The position numbers and the translations under genes were made by a program. This document shows positions 47,769 to 56,620 of a stretch of DNA of 64,000 bases, in pieces. Under the pieces are notes generated by a model. The model had not been told where the DNA came from. It ran no database searches and saw only the letters and a list, made by a program, of their open reading frames with translations. Origin of the DNA: Candidatus Thalassarchaeaceae archaeon (GTDB taxonomy: Archaea > Thermoplasmatota > Poseidoniia > Poseidoniales > Thalassarchaeaceae); the NCBI GenBank assembly GCA_034399535.1, contig DASCSS010000010.1, positions 2,096 through 66,095 on the forward strand. The letters are read 5' to 3'. Each line of letters begins with the position of its first letter. Positions within the stretch are counted from its first letter, which is position 1.

Positions 47769-50548
47769 TGTCGTCAGAAGAAGAAGAGATGGTTGGGTAT
47801 AGGCAGCAACCAGGGAAATTGCCATTCTCAAAACCTGGTTCTGGTGGAAGTGATAGATTCTCAAAAAAATTCGACCCCAAAATGATTCCGGAATCCGAAG
47901 GAGGGGGGTTGGCGCAACCATGGGGGCCACATCGTCACGATGAGTTGGTAACTGGGCAAGTAATAGGCAAACCAACATCATTGGTCGACGGAAAATGGAA
48001 GGTAACCGGTCAGGCACACTACGGGGACGATGTGCGAATCGCCGGAGAGCTGATCGGTCGAATTGTTCGCTCTCCCCATCATTATGCCAGAGTTCTCTCC
48101 GTTGATTGTACAAAGGCACTGGAATTACCAGGCGTAGTCGCAGTGGCTACTGGCCAAGATGCTGCTACCAAATTCGGAGTGTTGCCAGTAACAAAAGATG
48201 AGCATGCAATGGCCGTCGACAAGGTAAGACATGCGGGAGACTTAGTTGCTTGCGTCGCCGCTGAAGACGAGGCTACCGCCAGAGAGGCTGAGAGGCTGAT
48301 AGAGGTCGAATATGAAATTCTCGACCCGATCCACGACATGAGAGATGGTTTGGAAGACAGTGAGAATCCAATCCATGATCGGGGAGATTATCACATAGGA
48401 GAGTCAAATATTCAGAAGAGGGTTTTCCAAGAGTTTGGCGATGTGAAAGGAATGTCCGATTCAGCGATCGCGAGCCACAAAGGGGATTGGTATTTTTCCG
48501 GAGTCAATCACGGATTTACTGAACCTCATGCAGTTGTAGCACACTGGGATCCAACTGGGAGGCTGACTCTCTATACTCCTCAACAAGTCCCACATTACGT
48601 CCACAGGGCGCTGGCGGACGTGCTGGAAATTCCCATGCATCAAATCAATGTTCACAGAACTTTCGTAGGAGGGGGATTTGGAGGGAAATCGGACCCGTTT
48701 CCTCATGAAATGTGTGCTGCTATTCTAGCTAGGAAATCGGGTAGACCCGTCAGGATTACCTTCGATCGAGAGGAAGTTTTCTGGGTCAACAGAGGCCGTC
48801 ACCCATCCCATATCGAAATGAACCTGCATTCCGATTCGGAGGGAAGGATATGTGGGATAGAAACCGATGCACTGATTGATGGGGGAGCATTTGCTTCATT
48901 CGGACATGTGACCACATACTACAATGGCGTCCTCCACACTGCTCCGTACGAAATTGGGGCTTTCCATTACACAGGGGCAAGGGTGTGGACCAACAAACCA
49001 GCTAGTGGCGCAATGAGGGGGCATGGTGCAGTAAACTCGAGATGTGCTGTAGAGGTTGGTTTAGATGATTTATCAGAGAAGCTCTCCGTAGATCCAATTA
49101 CGTTCCGGCTAGCTAATCTTCTACCTCCGCATTCGGCTACAATTACTGGATTTAGGGTCACTAGCATAGGTATGAGGGAGTGCCTAGAGAGAGTAAAGGA
49201 AGCTAGTGGATGGGAGGGGAAATTCAGAAAAATGCCTCTAGGGAAGGGAATAGGGGTCGGTTGTGGCTTCTTCATCTCAGGGAGTGGCCTCCCAATTCAT
49301 TGGGACCCAAACAAATTCCCCCATGCAACAGTCCATCTCAAGATTGACATGGACGGAGGGGTGACAATTCATACTGGTGCTGCAGACATTGGGCAGGGAT
49401 CTGATACAGTAATAGCCCAATCGGTTGCTGAAGTTCTAGGCCTCCCACTTGACATGACAAGGGTCAAATCCAGAGACTCCGATACCTCTCCGGTTGACTT
49501 AGGTTCATATTCCTCACGAGTTACTTTCATGAATGCAAACGCGGCAATTTCCGCTGCAATGGAGATTCGCAATGAGTTGTTAGAAGCGACCGCAGAGATA
49601 ACTGGTGCGAACAAAGAAGCCCTAGTTATCGGGGATCGTCGAATTTTCAAGAAGGGTGACCCTGCAGTAGGAGTGTCATATCTTGAAGCCCTGCATAAAG
49701 CACAAGAAGACAGGGGGGCACTAGTCTCTTCCGGATCATATAGGACACCCCCAATGGGCAGAACTCACAAAGGAGCTGCGGCTGGATTGGCTCCCGCATA
49801 TTCATTCTCTGCATACGTGGCTGAGGTGTCTGTTGACATCGAGACTGGAAGAACTCAAGTTGATAGGGTCTGGGCAGCTCATGATTGTGGTAAGGCGCTA
49901 AACCCCCTCTCTGTCAAGGGCCAGATCATTGGTTCTTGTCACATGGGGATGGGACAAGTGCTGTCAGAAGAAATGAGGTACGGACGAAGTGGACATCTGT
50001 TGAATCCGGACCTATTGGATTACAAAATTCCCAGCATTCACGAAATGCCGGAAGTGATTCCAATTATTGTGGAGTCAAACGATCCGGAGGGCCCGTTTGG
50101 TGCTAAAGAGGCGGGTGAGGGGCCCCTTCTACCAATTCTGCCAGCAGTTTGTAACGCTGTGTACGATGCAATCGGGGTGAGGACCTCTGAATTACCGATA
50201 ACCCCGGATAGGCTTCACAAAGAGATTGAGAAGAAGTGCAGGGAAATGGGCTTGGGGGATCCTCTCGAACTAGAACCGCCGCTGTTGGAATACTCCGAAT
50301 TACAAGAAAGGCTTGAGGAGAGGGCTTCAGAACACTCAGAAAGGGACAGGCGCAGAAGGCTAGACGAAAGTAGAGGATCATATCACAACGGAGCACTGTT
50401 TGGCCTCGACCCAGAAGTCCCTCCGGACGAGGTTGATCCTCGTTGGTCGGTAAGTGTCACCCCCGATGAGGAGTACCTAGAATCCACCCGACTTGCAGGC
50501 AGGGCATGGAAGCACCAAGAAAGGAGGGAAGGGGGTAGTGCCAGATGA
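47768..50548 (+). CDS. Molybdopterin-binding large subunit of a xanthine dehydrogenase family enzyme, with a charged C-terminal extension.
   Basis: Ald_Xan_dh-type domains including GGGFGGK. About 926 aa, against about 780 aa for the typical fold. The last ~140 aa are Glu/Arg/Asp-rich. The start overlaps the upstream stop by 1 nt (TAATG). Confidence 0.85.
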   Translation: MSSEEEEMVGYRQQPGKLPFSKPGSGGSDRFSKKFDPKMIPESEGGGLAQPWGPHRHDELVTGQVIGKPTSLVDGKWKVTGQAHYGDDVRIAGELIGRIVRSPHHYARVLSVDCTKALELPGVVAVATGQDAATKFGVLPVTKDEHAMAVDKVRHAGDLVACVAAEDEATAREAERLIEVEYEILDPIHDMRDGLEDSENPIHDRGDYHIGESNIQKRVFQEFGDVKGMSDSAIASHKGDWYFSGVNHGFTEPHAVVAHWDPTGRLTLYTPQQVPHYVHRALADVLEIPMHQINVHRTFVGGGFGGKSDPFPHEMCAAILARKSGRPVRITFDREEVFWVNRGRHPSHIEMNLHSDSEGRICGIETDALIDGGAFASFGHVTTYYNGVLHTAPYEIGAFHYTGARVWTNKPASGAMRGHGAVNSRCAVEVGLDDLSEKLSVDPITFRLANLLPPHSATITGFRVTSIGMRECLERVKEASGWEGKFRKMPLGKGIGVGCGFFISGSGLPIHWDPNKFPHATVHLKIDMDGGVTIHTGAADIGQGSDTVIAQSVAEVLGLPLDMTRVKSRDSDTSPVDLGSYSSRVTFMNANAAISAAMEIRNELLEATAEITGANKEALVIGDRRIFKKGDPAVGVSYLEALHKAQEDRGALVSSGSYRTPPMGRTHKGAAAGLAPAYSFSAYVAEVSVDIETGRTQVDRVWAAHDCGKALNPLSVKGQIIGSCHMGMGQVLSEEMRYGRSGHLLNPDLLDYKIPSIHEMPEVIPIIVESNDPEGPFGAKEAGEGPLLPILPAVCNAVYDAIGVRTSELPITPDRLHKEIEKKCREMGLGDPLELEPPLLEYSELQERLEERASEHSERDRRRRLDESRGSYHNGALFGLDPEVPPDEVDPRWSVSVTPDEEYLESTRLAGRAWKHQERREGGSAR

Positions 50549-51528
50549 AGATGCCACCTTTCCAAGTTTATTCGCCTACTACTCTGGAAGAAGCCATGAC
50601 TAAGGCTTCGGAACTGTCTGACTCTGGAAATGAGTTCGACTGGATAGCAGGTGGGACTGACCTTCTGCCGAATTACAAATGGCACATCAATGTCAAGAAG
50701 CATGTTATTTCTCTTGCTGCAATCAATGAATTGCATAAGCTCTCCGGAACCCACATAGGGGCAATGGTAAGGATACACGATTTGGCCAGCTCAGAGAATA
50801 CTCACAGTGTTCTAGCCAAGGCTGCTGACTCCATAGCAAGTGTTATGATCAGACGTTCTGGTACTGTCGGGGGAAACATTTGCCTGGACACAAGATGTTA
50901 TTGGTTCAACCAATCAGAAACCTGGAGGGAGTCGATAGATTGGTGCCACAAATGCGACTGTGGCACAGAAGCTGATTGCAGGGTCATTCCAAATCAAAAC
51001 ACTCTTTGTGTAGCGACGTATCAGGCAGATCTGGCTCCAGTTCTATTGTGTCTGGATGCCACAATTCACCTTGCCTCACCCTCTGGAACTCGTTCATTGC
51101 CCCTGGAAGATTTCTTCGAGCTAGATGGGATGACTAGGAATGTCCTAGGAAACGACGAGCTTGTTACTCACGTTACCCTTCCAGATGATTCCGGGGAATG
51201 GGATGGGGACTATCAGAAACTGAGGCAGAGAGAGTCTTGGGACTTCCCGGAAGCAGGGGTTGCTGTTCTATGGAAGAGCGATGGGGATGGAATTCCATCG
51301 GCCCTAAGGGTGGCCACAACTGGTCTGGAGTCAGTACCTGGGATTCACACACAAGCGGCTGAGGCTGCAATTTCAGACTGGAAAGGTGGGGAGTCAATAG
51401 ATGAACTCGCAGAATCGGTCAGGAAGTCCGTGAAGCCCGTCCAGAACACATGGTTCTCCCCTTCGTATAGACGAAAGATGGTGAAGGTCTTAACGAGGCG
51501 TGCTTGCAGGGGTCTACTGGTGAGGTAG
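50545..51528 (+). CDS. FAD-binding medium subunit (CoxM/XdhB-like) carrying a Cys-rich insertion.
   Basis: FAD_binding_5 motifs (…DWIAGGTDLLP…, …SGTVGGNIC…). After GGNIC there is an inserted segment, LDTRCYWFNQSETWRESIDWCHKCDCGTEADCRVIPNQNTLC, with 7 Cys. Overlaps the upstream gene by 4 nt. Confidence 0.8.
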   Translation: MKMPPFQVYSPTTLEEAMTKASELSDSGNEFDWIAGGTDLLPNYKWHINVKKHVISLAAINELHKLSGTHIGAMVRIHDLASSENTHSVLAKAADSIASVMIRRSGTVGGNICLDTRCYWFNQSETWRESIDWCHKCDCGTEADCRVIPNQNTLCVATYQADLAPVLLCLDATIHLASPSGTRSLPLEDFFELDGMTRNVLGNDELVTHVTLPDDSGEWDGDYQKLRQRESWDFPEAGVAVLWKSDGDGIPSALRVATTGLESVPGIHTQAAEAAISDWKGGESIDELAESVRKSVKPVQNTWFSPSYRRKMVKVLTRRACRGLLVR

Positions 51529-52481
51529 TGGTTCGGAAAGTAAATTCCCTAGTCATTAGACTGGTCGTGCTGTCCATTATAATCCCATCAACTATTTCAC
51601 TTGGACAGGAAATTGATGCTTGGGAATTGGGTATTGAGTATCCCAATGAAGATGCATCAAATCCATTTGAGATTTCCAAAGATGGAAAGGTAAAGGTGGA
51701 GTTCTTCGTAGATAATTCTGGATTCGTCGAGATCACAGTTGAGTTTGCATATGAAATCCCATTCGGAGGAGAGGCTGACGGACCGGAAGGAGAGACTGTT
51801 CCCGCGGGTTCTAACGAGTCTTTTGAACTAGAAATCTCAGGGATTGATGTTTTCGACTTCGAAGCTAGGAAAACTGAGGCATTCTCGATTACTGCGACTG
51901 TGACGGCTAGACAGGGCGTCCCTGATCCCTTGAACCCGCAGCAAAAGAAGGAGGGGGACCTCCTCATCCCGACCATCTACGACATGAGAATAGAAGTTTC
52001 GGATCCTGTGGGGCCGATGAATGCTGGCTCCGACACAATCCTCAGGGTAATGGTAACTAACACAGGGAATGTGCAGGATAAGGTTGGAGACGTACAGATA
52101 ACTGATGACTGCCCCCTTCTCACGACCGACAATGGTTTGGACGGCTTGATGGTAGGAAGCATTGCACCGGGAAACACTGCCGAGGCTGATTTGAGGGCAA
52201 CAGCTTCTGAGAGTCATCCTCGACGACATTGCGATATTACGGTGACAGTGTCTTCTAACGGAGCAATGAACACGGGGGGGAGCGTCGTAGTGAGTGATGA
52301 GGCTAGGGTCTCAGTGGAACCTCCTCAAAAAGAGGCAGAGGATGATGGATCGTCCAATCAGAATGATGACCCAGTGGAATCGGTCAAGTCGAATCTCCCT
52401 AGCCCGGGTGGGTTTGCAACCATGTTAACAATGGTAATCGCATCTGCAGTTTTTTCGCCCAGAAAAAAATATTGGAGTTGA
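51504..52481 (+). CDS. Exported hypothetical protein with N-terminal TM/signal, Ig-like domains and C-terminal PGF-CTERM-like TM anchor.
   Basis: N-terminal hydrophobic segment LVIRLVVLSIIIPSTISLG. C-terminus …PSPGGFATMLTMVIASAVFSPRKKYWS (PGF-like motif, TM helix, basic tail). Confidence 0.5.
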   Translation: MQGSTGEVVVRKVNSLVIRLVVLSIIIPSTISLGQEIDAWELGIEYPNEDASNPFEISKDGKVKVEFFVDNSGFVEITVEFAYEIPFGGEADGPEGETVPAGSNESFELEISGIDVFDFEARKTEAFSITATVTARQGVPDPLNPQQKKEGDLLIPTIYDMRIEVSDPVGPMNAGSDTILRVMVTNTGNVQDKVGDVQITDDCPLLTTDNGLDGLMVGSIAPGNTAEADLRATASESHPRRHCDITVTVSSNGAMNTGGSVVVSDEARVSVEPPQKEAEDDGSSNQNDDPVESVKSNLPSPGGFATMLTMVIASAVFSPRKKYWS

Positions 52482-52561
52482 ACAACCAAGATTTTGGAAA
52501 ACCACGATGCGCACTATGCTCAGGAACATATAATCGTGAAGCAATTGTCGCAGCGATATTG

Positions 52562-52578
52562 TTTGGGCCGTAGGCCCA
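52562..52578. other. Perfect 7-bp-arm hairpin (TTGGGCC-GTA-GGCCCAA) in the intergenic region upstream of the DUF4350 gene.
   Basis: The palindrome was read directly. It lies about 22 nt upstream of the ATG at 52601. Confidence 0.3.
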
Positions 52579-52600
52579 ATGAATTGGATAGGGTGAAGAC

Positions 52601-54190
52601 ATGCCTGAAGAGTCTGATTTCGAAAGCCGATTCAACAGGAACATTACGCTTTCATTAATTGGGACTTCGATATTGCTTCTCATTATGCCCATGTTCTTCG
52701 TAGTTGGAAAGGATACCGCTTATTCGGCATATGAGACTGGAGAGGACTACCAAGTCAATAAGATGAGGGACTCATTCGATTATGACGAGGGGTACTATGT
52801 CGCCAATACAATGTCAACTCCAATGCTAGTTAATGACTGGAAGGACCCCCATAGGACGTTGTTGGCAGTTATTGGCCCAGAGAAGCCAATTGACGACACA
52901 GAGGCACAAGAAATATACAAATTCGTTACGGAGAAAGGGGGCAAGGTGATAGTTGCAGCCGACAACACCAATGCAAACAGGCTTGCTGTATTGTTTGGGG
53001 TCAGATACTTCAACTCACCAATGCTGGATGAGAAGCAACATTTCGTTGTCAATGATCAAGAAAATTCAATCTCATGGAAGAATGTGTGGACGGCTGCTTC
53101 AGTGGGACAAGACGTCGACCAAATGTCACCTGGGGCGCTGATGCAAGGTTGCTCGACTTTCCAAATAGAAAATCCGGATGGCCTCAATGATTGTAGGTTA
53201 CCAGTAATGTTCAGAGCGCCGACAGCTCTGAAATTTGAACCTCTGTTGAAAGATGCAACTCATCCCGACCACAGAGAGATAATGACATTGGGCAAAGCCT
53301 CATCGTCTGCATTCATTGACGTTGCAAATGACCAAGACCCAACCAATCTAGAGAATCCCGCACCTGGCGACCTCAGGCTAATCATGAGATTTGACTATCC
53401 AGGGATTACTGTCTTCGACGAGCTTCCAAACGAAGGGCGCGGGGCCTTTTCTTCGGGCGTAGGGGAGCTGGAGGTTACGGGAAGTATTGTTTTCGTCGCT
53501 GATGAAGAAGCGTTCTCCAATATGCTATGGGATCAGAGTATTGCATTAGAGAAGGGACTCAATAGCGATTGTCAGTCTGTCGCTGGATACACTCTGAATA
53601 ACTGCTGGACGAAGGAGATCCTGAACAACAACGAATGGGCTGGAAACGAAAGATTCTTCAAGATATTAGTTCATGACATGATGGAGTTCGATAATGCAAA
53701 TCTCTCGGCCCAGATAAAGAACGACAAGAGTAACTTCCAAGTTGTATTTGACGAAAGCAGGCACATCACGGGCCTCATTTCTGCACCGTTCGTTGAGACA
53801 ATGGGAACAGTTGTACTACTAACTTCAAATCAGTTTCTGAAATGGCTTGTAGTCCTGAACGTTGGACTACTGCTACTTGTGGCAATGATGGTGGTTCCGG
53901 AGAAAGAGAACTGGAGGCACGTTTTCGATCTGACAAAATTCAATCAACGGCCGAATAAGTTGAATCCCGGGGAATACAGGAACAGAGTTCGTAGGGCCCT
54001 AATGACAAAGGTCAGGATTCACCATGATTTAACGCGGGATGAGATGGCTGGAATGCTCCCTCCCGAAGTTCAGGCGATGATCGGCGATCCCCGCCTTGTG
54101 GAATTGGCTTATAGCCAAAGCCGCTCGTACTCACCCCAAGAGTTGCGCAAGTTGATGCAAGCCATTAGGCGATGGGGAAAGAATAACTGA
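52601..54190 (+). CDS. DUF4350-like membrane-anchored protein, first gene of the MoxR/DUF58 operon.
   Basis: N-terminal TM, extracytoplasmic domain containing …TLLAVIGPEKPIDDTEAQEIYKFVTEKGGKVIVAADN… (DUF4350-like), and a C-terminal TM with basic tail. Confidence 0.55.
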   Translation: MPEESDFESRFNRNITLSLIGTSILLLIMPMFFVVGKDTAYSAYETGEDYQVNKMRDSFDYDEGYYVANTMSTPMLVNDWKDPHRTLLAVIGPEKPIDDTEAQEIYKFVTEKGGKVIVAADNTNANRLAVLFGVRYFNSPMLDEKQHFVVNDQENSISWKNVWTAASVGQDVDQMSPGALMQGCSTFQIENPDGLNDCRLPVMFRAPTALKFEPLLKDATHPDHREIMTLGKASSSAFIDVANDQDPTNLENPAPGDLRLIMRFDYPGITVFDELPNEGRGAFSSGVGELEVTGSIVFVADEEAFSNMLWDQSIALEKGLNSDCQSVAGYTLNNCWTKEILNNNEWAGNERFFKILVHDMMEFDNANLSAQIKNDKSNFQVVFDESRHITGLISAPFVETMGTVVLLTSNQFLKWLVVLNVGLLLLVAMMVVPEKENWRHVFDLTKFNQRPNKLNPGEYRNRVRRALMTKVRIHHDLTRDEMAGMLPPEVQAMIGDPRLVELAYSQSRSYSPQELRKLMQAIRRWGKNN

Positions 54191-54200
54191 CAAATGGAGA

Positions 54201-55274
54201 GTGGAAAAGATGAGTGAAACAATACCAGCAGGAGGGATGCCATCACCCGGTCAGGGTGGACATAATGCGGCCTTAGCAAAGAAGGCTGAGGCGGCGCGGG
54301 GTTCGGGCAAGATTGACGAAGTCCTAACGGCAACGGGAGCAATGGGCCAGGCAATTAGCACTGAAGTCCAGAAGGTAATCATCGGAAAGGAACACGTGAT
54401 TGACAACGTAATGGTGGACATTCTGTCCAACGGAAACCTTCTCTTTGAGGATTTCCCTGGTCTTGCAAAGACGCTAATGACAAATACTTTCGCAGATGCT
54501 CTTGGTTGCGATTTCAAGCGTGTCCAATTCACCCCCGATCTGCTGCCCGCAGATATCACTGGGACGAACATCTACGATGCAAAGAAGGGAGAGTTCAGCT
54601 TCAAACCTGGACCGATTTTCTGTAACTTACTTCTTTCTGACGAGATCAACAGGGCGCCTCCAAAGACCCAAGCTGCACTTCTGGAGGCCATGCAGGAAAA
54701 GCAAGTTACTATTGGAGTAGTGACACACAAACTTCCTGCTCCGTTCCTAACTATGGCCACGCAGAACCCGGTTGAACAAGAGGGGACATATCCCCTTCCC
54801 GAAGCACAACTTGACAGGTTCATGATGAAGATGATGGTCGGATACCCGGATAGGGCGGATGAGAACGAGATCCTACAGAGAAGGATAGATCGGAAGAAGG
54901 ACGAGGTCGAGGTCAACAAGGTAACCGATCCTAGCATTGTCGTGAAGATGCAGCAGTCCTGTGAAGAAGTGTATGTAGACAGGTCCGTCAGAGAGTACAT
55001 GGTTGACATAGTGGCCAGAACGAGGGAAGACCCTCGTGTTCTGGTAGGTTCCTCCCCTCGTGGTTCTCAGGCTCTGCTAAAGACGAGTAGAGCCGTAGCA
55101 GCAATGAGAGGAAGGGACTTCGTAACCCCTGACGATGTGAAATCAGTAGCCGAACTGGCCGTTGCACACAGATTAATACTCAAGCCCGAGCATCAAATCA
55201 AAGGTCTAGAAAACGGAGAAGTGGTCAGAGACATCCTACATGGGAAGAATGCCGCAAACGTTCCGACTGTCTGA
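54201..55274 (+). CDS. MoxR-family AAA+ ATPase.
   Basis: Walker A region …FEDFPGLAKTLM…. Walker B/sensor LLSDEINRAPPKTQAALLEAMQEKQVTIG. 357 aa. Confidence 0.9.
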   Translation: MEKMSETIPAGGMPSPGQGGHNAALAKKAEAARGSGKIDEVLTATGAMGQAISTEVQKVIIGKEHVIDNVMVDILSNGNLLFEDFPGLAKTLMTNTFADALGCDFKRVQFTPDLLPADITGTNIYDAKKGEFSFKPGPIFCNLLLSDEINRAPPKTQAALLEAMQEKQVTIGVVTHKLPAPFLTMATQNPVEQEGTYPLPEAQLDRFMMKMMVGYPDRADENEILQRRIDRKKDEVEVNKVTDPSIVVKMQQSCEEVYVDRSVREYMVDIVARTREDPRVLVGSSPRGSQALLKTSRAVAAMRGRDFVTPDDVKSVAELAVAHRLILKPEHQIKGLENGEVVRDILHGKNAANVPTV

Positions 55275-55294
55275 CCAATGCGAGGTAGAAAGCA

Positions 55295-56614
55295 ATGGCT
55301 TGGAGCCGTAAGTCAGCGATGTTCGCGTCCCTGTCAATTGCGATGTATCTGCTGGGCCTAGTTCTACGCAATCAGCAACTCGTGACTGTTGCAGTCGTTC
55401 TTCTATCATTTCTGACTTGGGCGGCCCTGAGAGCTGCTCATGGCGATGTAGCCTCAACCGGAAGAAGAATGGAGGACGCCGTAATGGACGAGGGAAACCA
55501 ACTCCAAAGTATTGTTGCGATGCGGAAGACCTCTTCCTCCCGCGTTTTCGAGGATGGCGAGATTGACGTGACCCTGAGGATTCAGAATCGGTCTGGAGTT
55601 GCCAAGGTACTGGAACTCCGGGACCGCGTCCCCGAAGTAATGAGGATAAAGAAGGGCGCAAATTACGTTCTCATGGAGATTGGCCCAAAGAGGGAGACGG
55701 AGATTTCCTACACCATCGAGACTCCGCTAAGGGGATTCTACACCATCGGCCCCGTGTGCATAAGGGTGCAGGATGAGCTGGGCCTATTCCATAATGAGAA
55801 GGAGATCCTACTCTACGATGATTTCCTAGTTTTCCCAAAGATGGAAGACATCAAGGATGCGATGATAAAGAGCAGGGTCCCAAAGATTTTCACCGGTGCG
55901 GTGAACATCAGGAACCCTGGAGAGGGGTCCAACTTCTACAACCTGAGAGAGTATATCCCAGGCGACCCCATGAAGAAGGTAAACTGGAATGCTACTGCCA
56001 GGCAAGATGGCAAGATGATGGTAAACGAATACGAGAGGGACGCAGTTAGTGACGTAATTCTGATCGTTGATAGCAGAGCCGTTAGCGAGACGGGCCCTGT
56101 AAGTCGAAACTCTTTGGTTTATAGCACCAGAGCAGCGGCAAGCCTTACCCAATACTTTCTCTCTAGAAGGGATTCTGTTGGCCTTGTCGTATATGGCGAT
56201 GAAATTGTCTCAGTGGATAGGGACACCGGCAAGAAGCAGTTGTACATTATTCTAACAAAGCTTGCTGGTGCAATGGCAAAGGGCAATACTCCCCTAAAGA
56301 TAGTGACAAACAGAATTATGCCACATATTCACCGAGGGAGTCCAATCATCATCCTCTCACCACTAGAGGATGACCCCACAATAATAGAGGCAGTTAGGGA
56401 CCTGAGAGCCAGGAATTTCGAGGTGACAGTGCTCTCCCCTAGCAGTCTTGAATTCGAATTCGATGCAAGGAGAATAGACAGAACTGGATATGAAGTGCTG
56501 AAGACTGAGAGGGATATCCTGATGACTGAGCTCAGAGGTCTGGGGGCATATGTGATGGACTGGGAGCCTGACATGTTGCTGTTCACGGCCTTGACCGGGG
56601 CAAGGGGTTTCTGA
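55295..56614 (+). CDS. DUF58-family protein (VWA-like), MoxR partner.
   Basis: DUF58 signature …REYIPGDPMKKVNWNATARQDGKMMVNEYERD…. N-terminal TM helices. Confidence 0.8.
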   Translation: MAWSRKSAMFASLSIAMYLLGLVLRNQQLVTVAVVLLSFLTWAALRAAHGDVASTGRRMEDAVMDEGNQLQSIVAMRKTSSSRVFEDGEIDVTLRIQNRSGVAKVLELRDRVPEVMRIKKGANYVLMEIGPKRETEISYTIETPLRGFYTIGPVCIRVQDELGLFHNEKEILLYDDFLVFPKMEDIKDAMIKSRVPKIFTGAVNIRNPGEGSNFYNLREYIPGDPMKKVNWNATARQDGKMMVNEYERDAVSDVILIVDSRAVSETGPVSRNSLVYSTRAAASLTQYFLSRRDSVGLVVYGDEIVSVDRDTGKKQLYIILTKLAGAMAKGNTPLKIVTNRIMPHIHRGSPIIILSPLEDDPTIIEAVRDLRARNFEVTVLSPSSLEFEFDARRIDRTGYEVLKTERDILMTELRGLGAYVMDWEPDMLLFTALTGARGF

Positions 56615-56620
56615 GGTGAA

